DNA of 11,358 nt, taken from the NCBI GenBank assembly GCA_043767805.1, contig JAYUGC010000121.1:1-11358 (forward strand), read 5' to 3'. The notes under the pieces are model-generated. The model had not been told where the DNA came from and searched no databases. It was given only the letters and a program-made list of their open reading frames with translations. The DNA is from Pseudomonadota bacterium. Lineage in GTDB: Bacteria > Bdellovibrionota > FAC87 > UBA2466. Shown piece by piece: positions 1 through 5,956 of this stretch (positions are counted from its first letter, which is position 1; every line of letters begins with the position of its first letter). The translations under genes and the position numbers were made by a program.

Positions 1-586
1 TGCCATACAACCGATTCAAACGAGTCACGTCTCCGTAACGTTCGCCGAGAGAATCGCGAAAGCCCGACTCACTGGTCACCGAAAGATCGTGAGCGAGAAC
101 GCCAAGCTCGAGGCGCACCTCACGCACTGGGCCTTCCGGCGCGAAGTAGAGCTTTACGATGCGATACACTTCTTCGAGAAAGCCGACGAAAGCTTCACGG
201 ATTTCAGGATGAGTCACGGAAGGCACTCGTTTCAAGCTTACCGGTCCGCGCTCGCCTTCCCACAAAGCCAGAGGCACGAGGGCTTGGGGCTCGAGCGGGT
301 GGGTCCACTGCGGAAAGGCTTCCGGATGCGACGGGAAACCGACGACGAGATCGACCTCGAATCCCTTTTCGTGCGCGGTGGACAAAAGCCGCTCCAGCCG
401 GAGCCGAGTGGGCTTACTGAACTCACGAATGCCGCGCAGCTGCTCGTGCATGCCCCAAAGCACGGGGACCGTGACTCTTTGCGCGCCCTCAATTCGGATG
501 GAATCGAAACGAAGTCCCCAAACGGAGGGCGCAAGGGCGGCGTAATCGAAAGTAACCTGGGCCGACTGGCTACTGCTCGTTTCCAA
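1..586 (-). CDS. GH35/GH42 beta-galactosidase-like TIM-barrel protein, N-terminal part only (runs off the left edge); acid/base motif looks degenerate
   Basis: Not in the ORF track; translated by hand. The frame is open from TTG at 586 to position 2 (195 codons) with an upstream in-frame stop at 620-622. Translation: METSSSQSAQVTFDYAALAPSVWGLRFDSIRIEGAQRVTVPVLWGMHEQLRGIREFS...APEGPVREVRLELG...GFRDSLGERYGDVTRLNRLYG. It resembles the GH35 N-terminal pattern (HYxRxPxxxW...YVPWNxHEPxxGxFDFS), the GGP(I/V)I strand and the GH42-like FRxWLxxRYGxIxxLNxxWG helix. Confidence 0.7.
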   Translation of the reverse strand, partial: METSSSQSAQVTFDYAALAPSVWGLRFDSIRIEGAQRVTVPVLWGMHEQLRGIREFSKPTRLRLERLLSTAHEKGFEVDLVVGFPSHPEAFPQWTHPLEPQALVPLALWEGERGPVSLKRVPSVTHPEIREAFVGFLEEVYRIVKLYFAPEGPVREVRLELGVLAHDLSVTSESGFRDSLGERYGDVTRLNRLYG

Positions 587-594
587 TGAGGTTA

Positions 595-623
595 AGTATA
601 GGTTTGCGATCCCGCAAACTCAA
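595..623 (-). promoter_or_regulatory. Putative sigma70 promoter for the GH-like gene, with an inverted repeat in the spacer
   Basis: Minus strand reads TTGAGT (623-618), a 17-nt spacer, then TATACT (600-595). The 7-bp inverted repeat GTTTGCG-atcc-CGCAAAC lies at 602-619. Confidence 0.5.
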
Positions 624-635
624 GGATTCGGCTTT

Positions 636-1103
636 TCAGCACGGTCCTTTGCACTGACAACGCCCCTTTTCGCATTTGGCGCGAATGGTGTTGGTCTGGG
701 GCGCAAGCAAACAAGACGTTTCTCCAGGTACCGGCGCCGGAGGCGGGCAACCGAGGGTGCGGAACTCTTTCAGCTTGTTCGAAAACTCCGACGAGAGAGA
801 CACCTTCTTGGCTCGTTGCGAAACGCCGCCGGGAACGCTCACGCCTCCCAATTTGTCGCATTCCCGGGAACGGCCGAATCTTGCCGCCATTGTGGGAACC
901 ACCACGCATTCTTTGTCCTTACTGCACTCTTCCGGCTTCGAATCGACGCGAGCCAACGCTTCGCTTTGGGTGCGCTGTGCCCATTCGAGAATGGCCGCGC
1001 ATGTTTCCTTGATCTTGGTTTCGTCAGGCGCCGGGGGTTTTGCGAGGGCAACGCGGCCGATGGCAACGGACGCAAATAAAAAGAGACTCGCTTTGAGATT
1101 CAT
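636..1103 (-). CDS. Secreted cysteine-rich hypothetical protein (155 aa, 10 Cys)
   Basis: ATG lies 20 nt after the lpxH stop. Signal-peptide-like N-terminus (MNLK-ASLFLFASVAIGRVALA/K). Cys patterns CSKDKEC and CEKGRCQCKGPC. Confidence 0.7.
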   Translation of the reverse strand: MNLKASLFLFASVAIGRVALAKPPAPDETKIKETCAAILEWAQRTQSEALARVDSKPEECSKDKECVVVPTMAARFGRSRECDKLGGVSVPGGVSQRAKKVSLSSEFSNKLKEFRTLGCPPPAPVPGETSCLLAPQTNTIRAKCEKGRCQCKGPC

Positions 1104-1123
1104 AAATTTCTTTCGGGTAGGGC

Positions 1124-1864
1124 TCAGACTTCTTTAACCGGGTGAGTCCGAGTATAGAATTGCGATCCATCGAACTCAAGGTACGTGAAGTGGCGCACCC
1201 AATCACCGGTATTGATGTACCGGCACTGCCTGCCATCAACCTCGACGCGATAATCGTCGGGAATGTGGGTGTGCCCCATGAGAACAATGTCATAACCCTT
1301 CTTGAAAAGGGTCTCCGCCGAGCGCCGGTACGTCTGACGGATGAGCTCTTCCTTCGTCGGAAAGTGGCCTTGGTACTTGCGGCTGAGCTTCGAGCTGTTC
1401 AAGCCCAGGTTGAAGATCCATTCCTGCGGAAAAAAGTTCTTCACCATGTGAACGGTCTCACGACGCAAAAGGTACCGAAGCGCCTTGTACCCATGATCTT
1501 TGGGGTTACCCAGATCGCCGTGCACCATGCACACGCGCTGTCCGTTCCATTCTTCGGTAATCGAATCGGGATAAACCTGGATGCCCAAGGCGTCTGAGAA
1601 ATAATCGCCCAGGTGAAAATCGTGATTCCCCTCGAGGTAATGAACGGAATGCCCGTCCTCGACGAGCCGCTTGAGAGTTTGGATGACCGGCTTATAGGTG
1701 CGCACGAGATGCGCGCTCGTTCCGGGCCAGACGTCGAAAAGGTCGCCCAGGATGTAAATGCGCTCGAAACGAGAGGCAACCTGTTGGAAGAATTTGATGA
1801 CCAGCTTGGTTTTCACGCTGCCGGCGTCCCGCAGGTGAACGTCTGAAAGGAAAATCGCAGTCAT
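1124..1864 (-). CDS. lpxH: UDP-2,3-diacylglucosamine diphosphatase (LpxH-family calcineurin-like metallophosphoesterase)
   Basis: Motifs SDVHL, LGDLFDVW, EGNHDF, HGD, MGHTH and NTGDW; 246 aa; close to a lipid A operon. Confidence 0.85.
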   Translation of the reverse strand: MTAIFLSDVHLRDAGSVKTKLVIKFFQQVASRFERIYILGDLFDVWPGTSAHLVRTYKPVIQTLKRLVEDGHSVHYLEGNHDFHLGDYFSDALGIQVYPDSITEEWNGQRVCMVHGDLGNPKDHGYKALRYLLRRETVHMVKNFFPQEWIFNLGLNSSKLSRKYQGHFPTKEELIRQTYRRSAETLFKKGYDIVLMGHTHIPDDYRVEVDGRQCRYINTGDWVRHFTYLEFDGSQFYTRTHPVKEV

Positions 1865-1906
1865 TCCAATGTGCTGTTAACACGATTCGGAAGGGTGAAA
1901 AACCCT

Positions 1907-2197
1907 TTATTGAGCCGAGGGAGGCACGAGCGGGCCCTGAGAAGGAATGCGGCCTTCCCCATTAGAGGAAGCTCTGGGGGGACGGTTCTCGGAGGGGACT
2001 TTGGCTAGGGCATTTTCCATTTCCAAAAGCTGGGAAACGGCCGGATCGACGACCTGAGCCTCCGCACGGAAGCCCCCACTCTGGAAATTACGATTGGGAA
2101 CCCTGAGGCTAGTGCCCTGGTTCATCATCATATATGCAGTCAGCAGTACCCCCATGAACACGCTGATCGTATAGGCGTATTGAAGTTTGTTCTTCAT
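1907..2197 (-). CDS. Small membrane-anchored or exported hypothetical protein (~96 aa)
   Basis: ATG at 2197 (the track starts at TTG 2203). Basic N-terminus MKNK, a hydrophobic helix YAYTISVFMGVLLTAYMMM and a Pro-rich C-terminus. Co-oriented upstream of lpxH. Confidence 0.6.
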   Translation of the reverse strand: MKNKLQYAYTISVFMGVLLTAYMMMNQGTSLRVPNRNFQSGGFRAEAQVVDPAVSQLLEMENALAKVPSENRPPRASSNGEGRIPSQGPLVPPSAQ

Positions 2198-2277
2198 ATG
2201 CAACTGACTTGAGTGCTAACTACCCCTCGCGAACTATTACTCCCGCCAAAATGGCGCAGAGCGACAGGGGTGAAGAG

Positions 2278-2293
2278 TTCAAGTTTCGTGCCG
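2278..2293 (-). promoter_or_regulatory. Possible variant sigma54 (-24/-12) promoter for the small membrane protein gene
   Basis: Minus strand reads CGGCACG-AAAC-TTGAA versus consensus TGGCACG-N4-TTGCW. Spacing is correct but GA replaces the conserved GC at -12. Confidence 0.3.
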
Positions 2294-2454
2294 CGCTGCG
2301 ACGGCATAAGAACCTGAAGTGATTGGCCTTTTTTGAGGCCTCCCGAGGGATTCTGTATAGGCTTTGCACAAGCCGGATACAGGACTCCTAGTCTGGGGGG
2401 CTAAGCGGTTGACGACCTGCTGGATTTGAAAATTCTCGAATAACTGGAAACCCT

Positions 2455-3477
2455 ATGGCCGCCCGACCAAAGAAAATACGACTTTTGTCCCCCGCCAAAC
2501 TGAACCTAGGCCTTTGGATCGTGGGCCGGCGGCGAGACGGGCTCCATAGACTGGAAAGCCTCTTTTGGCCGGTCGACCTGGTGGACGAGATTGAAGTCGA
2601 ACCGCAAGCCGATGAGCCGGGCGTTTTCATGGAATGGGCAGGGGACTCTCCCGTTCGCATGCCGCTTCCTCAGGAAACCGAAAATATCGTCGGTAAGATC
2701 CGTCAGGTGTTTCCCAAGGCCTTGGGCGACGATCTCGCCATCCGCATTCAAAAGCGGATTCCCCTCGGCGGAGGGCTCGGCGGAGGCTCGTCGAACGCGG
2801 GCGCACTCATCGCGCGGTTTGCTAAAAACGTCCCCGATATCGAGGAAAAAGCGGCCGAAGTAGGGGCCGACGTCCCCTTCTTTTTGAACCCGTTCCCGAC
2901 TTGGGTTACTGGCATCGGCGAGAAGCGCAAACAATTGAAGTTCTCGGTGGACTCTCTCAAGTCGGTTCACTTTCTCGTGGTTTGTTTGCCCGAGCCCACG
3001 CTCACCGCGCGGGTCTTTGGCGCGATGCGAGAATCTGATTTTACCTTTTCGCCTTCCCGCACTCCGTTTCCTACGAAATCGGTGCAACGCAAGGCACTCT
3101 TTAATTATTTGAAGTGGGCGCGCAACGATTTGGAAGCTTTTGCCGCGAAGGATTATCCGCTCATCGGCGAGGTGCTTTCGGCACTCCGCAAAACCCCGTG
3201 TCTTTTCGCGGGGATGTCGGGGAGCGGCTCGACGTGTTTTGCCATTTTTGAAGACGCCCTGGACCGTGAGAAAAGCGCTAAAGAACTCTCATCCTTCTTC
3301 CGAGAAAGAGGCTGTACGAGCCTTTTTGTGGAGACGTACAAAGCGCATCGAGACATTCACCGGTCAAGGAGCACAACATGGAAATCACCGAAGTCAAAGT
3401 CTTCCCCGTCAACGAAGATAAGCTTAAGGCGTACGTCACCATCATCTTCGACAACTGCTTCGTCGTCAGAGACTTAA
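2455..3477 (+). CDS. ispE: 4-diphosphocytidyl-2-C-methyl-D-erythritol kinase (GHMP kinase, MEP pathway)
   Basis: Motifs SPAKLNLGL, KRIPLGGGLGGGSSNA, GADVPFF, GIGE, NDLE and MSGSGSTCF. The C-terminal tail overlaps spoVG by 100 nt. Confidence 0.93.
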   Translation: MAARPKKIRLLSPAKLNLGLWIVGRRRDGLHRLESLFWPVDLVDEIEVEPQADEPGVFMEWAGDSPVRMPLPQETENIVGKIRQVFPKALGDDLAIRIQKRIPLGGGLGGGSSNAGALIARFAKNVPDIEEKAAEVGADVPFFLNPFPTWVTGIGEKRKQLKFSVDSLKSVHFLVVCLPEPTLTARVFGAMRESDFTFSPSRTPFPTKSVQRKALFNYLKWARNDLEAFAAKDYPLIGEVLSALRKTPCLFAGMSGSGSTCFAIFEDALDREKSAKELSSFFRERGCTSLFVETYKAHRDIHRSRSTTWKSPKSKSSPSTKISLRRTSPSSSTTASSSET

Positions 3478-3704
3478 AAATCATTCACGGAAACACCGGA
3501 CTCTTCGTCGCCATGCCGAGCAAGAAGAGAAAAGACGGAACCTTCCGCGACATCGCTCACCCGCTCAACAGCGAGATGCGCACCAAGATCGAGCAAACGA
3601 TCCTGGCCGAGTACAAAGGTGAGCTGAAGAAGATGTCGGAATCCGCCCAGAAGAGCATGGCGGAGCTCGACGCTCCCAAGCGCGATTACGACGACGAGTC
3701 GTAA
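3378..3704 (+). CDS. spoVG: SpoVG-family nucleic-acid-binding regulator
   Basis: MEITEVKV...LKAYVTIIFDNCFVVRDLKII...GLFVAMPS...DGTFRDIAHPLNSEMR is the SpoVG signature. Shine-Dalgarno AAGGAG at 3366-3371. Confidence 0.96.
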   Translation: MEITEVKVFPVNEDKLKAYVTIIFDNCFVVRDLKIIHGNTGLFVAMPSKKRKDGTFRDIAHPLNSEMRTKIEQTILAEYKGELKKMSESAQKSMAELDAPKRDYDDES

Positions 3705-3752
3705 ACCAAAGCTCGTGAAGACCGGGCGAACACGCTGTCTGCGTTTTCGACG

Positions 3753-3812
3753 GTGGCCTGGAGCCCGAACGAATCCGAGTTTTCTCAATCGTTCCGAGCC
3801 TCCCCAGGCCGC
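3753..3812. repeat. Long imperfect inverted repeat (stem-loop) between spoVG and the cytochrome c gene
   Basis: Nested pairs GGCCTGG/CCAGGCC, GAACGA/TCGTTC and GAG/CTC around a 4-nt loop. Additional G-U-containing pairs form only on the minus strand. Confidence 0.6.
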
Positions 3813-3883
3813 ACTCCCACTCAAACGCCCGCTAGTTACCTTTTTCTACGTGGGCACTTCCCGTGTGCGTGGCTTTGAGCCCG

Positions 3884-3899
3884 TGGCACTGGGGTTGCA
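3884..3899 (+). promoter_or_regulatory. Sigma54 (RpoN) -24/-12 promoter
   Basis: TGGCAC-TGGGG-TTGCA matches TGGCAC-N5-TTGCW with exact GG-N10-GC spacing. It is intergenic; the predicted start is near 3910, followed by SD AGGAG (3941-3945) and ATG at 3952. Confidence 0.75.
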
Positions 3900-3951
3900 A
3901 CTATTAGCCAACACAGGGACGCGTAATGTGGACGTTGGCTAGGAGTGCGGT

Positions 3952-5232
3952 ATGGTTCCCGGTAGCAGAGCCCTCTTTTTTTTAGTTTCTCTCTTCTTTT
4001 TAATCTTCGTTTATTGCACTCATTGCACTTTCGGCGAAGAACAGCACGACGCTTCCGGGCAATCGGGAGACGCGATCAATCGCCGCCTGGCCCCCGGAGC
4101 CGAGCTGACCGATCCAAAAATCGAGCTCCTTTCCAAAGTTTTCAGGCTGGAGCCGTCCTTTCTGAAGGACCGCTATTCTTACCGCTACAACTCGGCCGCC
4201 GCCGAAGCTAGCCGCGGGAATTTTAAGCCGCTCGCGGGGATCGTGGCAGAGCTCTTCGGAACGTTGAACAACAAGCAGCTCGATGAGCTTCTGGTTACGA
4301 CGAAAACCCGGAAGACAGAGGAGCTTTCGAAAACGCCGCCGGATCCCCGCTTCGTTTCCTTTCTCGATAAGTTCATCGCCGCGGGCGAGCGAATCCAAGA
4401 TCCCAAGTCGACCCCTCCCGATGAGGAGACCGGTAAGTTTCTCGAAGCCTTCGAGGGGGAGTTCACGAAGATCAAGGAATCGAACACCCGGTTTCACGAG
4501 AAAGTGCAGCAGGCTTTGGCGGGAAACCGCCAGGCGAAAGATTTCTTGCGCAGCAACTACGATCCAAAATCCCTTCTTTCCTTCATGGACGCGCAACGGG
4601 CGAGCGGAAATCAGGAGCTCGCGCGCAGTCTCGCTAAGTCTCTAGGTGAGTTCGACGATTCCGGAAACCACTCAATCGACTTCGTGGGGCCTCAGGGCAG
4701 CAAGGAAAGACTGAAGCTCGGATCTTCGGATGCGGACGTAGACAAAGCCTTGAACCGATTCAGTTCGGAAGAAGGCTTCGGCAGCCGGGCGTTCTCGCCG
4801 CTGCGGCACGCGCGGCCGGACAAAACGTTTGAGTTCCCCCCTGGGGGCGGCGACACAAAAATCACCGAGTTACCCGCAGGCGAGACCGCCATTCAACCCG
4901 GTCCCGTGGAAGCCGACAAAGGCGCGCGCTCGGCAGAACCTACCGTCCCAGCGGGTAAGCCCGCGAGCAAAGCTGCGGAAGATTTCTTGAAGGCGACTTG
5001 CGTACGCTGTCACGGTCCAGGCGGGCGAGCGACAGAAGATTTCGCGTTGAACGCAAACGGTACGTTAAATCTCGTGAAGAATAAGATGTCGCTCTCCGAC
5101 GCCATGACCCGGGTGCTCACTCGCACCTTGGTCGACAAGGATATGCCTCCGACCGGCGGACCGTTGAAGCCCGCCCAAGAGGGGATCCTGAAGGCGTGGG
5201 CCAAGGAACAAGACGTCACGCTGCCTAAGTAG
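3952..5232 (+). CDS. Exported protein with an unknown N-terminal region and a C-terminal monoheme cytochrome c domain
   Basis: Hydrophobic N-terminus (LFFLVSLFFLIFVY), a Pro/Ala-rich linker, CVRCH at residues 350-354 (4999-5013) and DMPP...L...ILKAW with Met398 as candidate distal ligand. Good SD. Confidence 0.8.
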   Translation: MVPGSRALFFLVSLFFLIFVYCTHCTFGEEQHDASGQSGDAINRRLAPGAELTDPKIELLSKVFRLEPSFLKDRYSYRYNSAAAEASRGNFKPLAGIVAELFGTLNNKQLDELLVTTKTRKTEELSKTPPDPRFVSFLDKFIAAGERIQDPKSTPPDEETGKFLEAFEGEFTKIKESNTRFHEKVQQALAGNRQAKDFLRSNYDPKSLLSFMDAQRASGNQELARSLAKSLGEFDDSGNHSIDFVGPQGSKERLKLGSSDADVDKALNRFSSEEGFGSRAFSPLRHARPDKTFEFPPGGGDTKITELPAGETAIQPGPVEADKGARSAEPTVPAGKPASKAAEDFLKATCVRCHGPGGRATEDFALNANGTLNLVKNKMSLSDAMTRVLTRTLVDKDMPPTGGPLKPAQEGILKAWAKEQDVTLPK

Positions 5233-5956
5233 TGCGGTGCAGCTGCTCGAGAGTCACGACGCCATGGATATGATCCATCATGAACATCACGACCTGCTTG
5301 ATATCCAAAGAGGTCGTATCGACGATGACGGCATCTTTCGCGCATTTGAGCGGCGCGATCCGCCGCGAGGAATCCCGCTCGTCCCGTTCTTCAATTTGCT
5401 GAGTCAGGTCTTTTAGGCTCGGCGCCTTTAACCCTTGGCTCTCTAATTGCTGCTTGCGTCTCATCGCGCGCGTCTTGGAATCGGCGGTGACGAAAAACTT
5501 GAAGCGCACGTCCGGAAACACCACCGTGCCGATATCTCGTCCCTCGACGACCACCGGGCACTTCTTGCTCCAAGTCTTCGCAATATCTCTTTGTTGCTTG
5601 GTAAGCAGTTTCCTGACGCCGGACTCTTTGCTGACCAGAGAAGCCATGTGGCTGACTCCCTGACTACGAAGTTCGTTGCCCGGATTATGGCCATCCACCA
5701 GGATTTTCTGGGAGTCCTTCTTGATCTCGAATTTCAATTCGCGCGAGATCTTCTCGAACTCCGCGGGCGTCTCCGCGCCAATGCGCATGGCATACCAGGC
5801 GACACTCCGGTACATAGCGCCGGTATCGAGCAGTACGCCGTCCAAGGCCTCCGCGAGCTTCTGGCTCACGGTGGATTTACCGGCGCCCGAAGGCCCGTCC
5901 ACGGCGACGATGAGCGCCGTGAGTTTCTTCTTACTAGCCGACTGTGCCTTTTTCAC
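5225..5956 (-). CDS. cmk: Cytidylate kinase
   Basis: P-loop DGPSGAGKST, LDTGAMYR, EGRDIGTVVFPD and RDERDSSRRIAPL. GTG start overlaps the upstream GT2 gene by 23 nt. Confidence 0.96.
   Translation of the reverse strand: MKKAQSASKKKLTALIVAVDGPSGAGKSTVSQKLAEALDGVLLDTGAMYRSVAWYAMRIGAETPAEFEKISRELKFEIKKDSQKILVDGHNPGNELRSQGVSHMASLVSKESGVRKLLTKQQRDIAKTWSKKCPVVVEGRDIGTVVFPDVRFKFFVTADSKTRAMRRKQQLESQGLKAPSLKDLTQQIEERDERDSSRRIAPLKCAKDAVIVDTTSLDIKQVVMFMMDHIHGVVTLEQLHRTT

Noticed and set aside
89..589. 166-aa plus-strand ORF (and the 238..534 minus ORF)
   Set aside because: Shadows of the minus-strand GH-like frame (586 to the left edge), which carries recognisable motifs; these ORFs have none.
1891..1907. 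AAGGGT-gaaaa-ACCCTT hairpin as an intrinsic terminator
   Set aside because: Short 6-bp stem with no U-tract on the transcribed (minus) strand.
2353..2382. CTGT...ACAG as a LexA/SOS box
   Set aside because: The arms are 22 nt apart rather than the 8 nt of CTGT-N8-ACAG.
3715..3942. 75-aa plus-strand ORF between spoVG and the cytochrome gene
   Set aside because: GTG start without a clear SD, no motifs, and it runs across the stem-loop and sigma54 promoter. Probably spurious, though not excluded.
3705..3951. tRNA-Gln or prs expected downstream of ispE/spoVG
   Set aside because: No cloverleaf or T-arm in tRNA context and no prs ORF were found; that commonly seen synteny is absent here.
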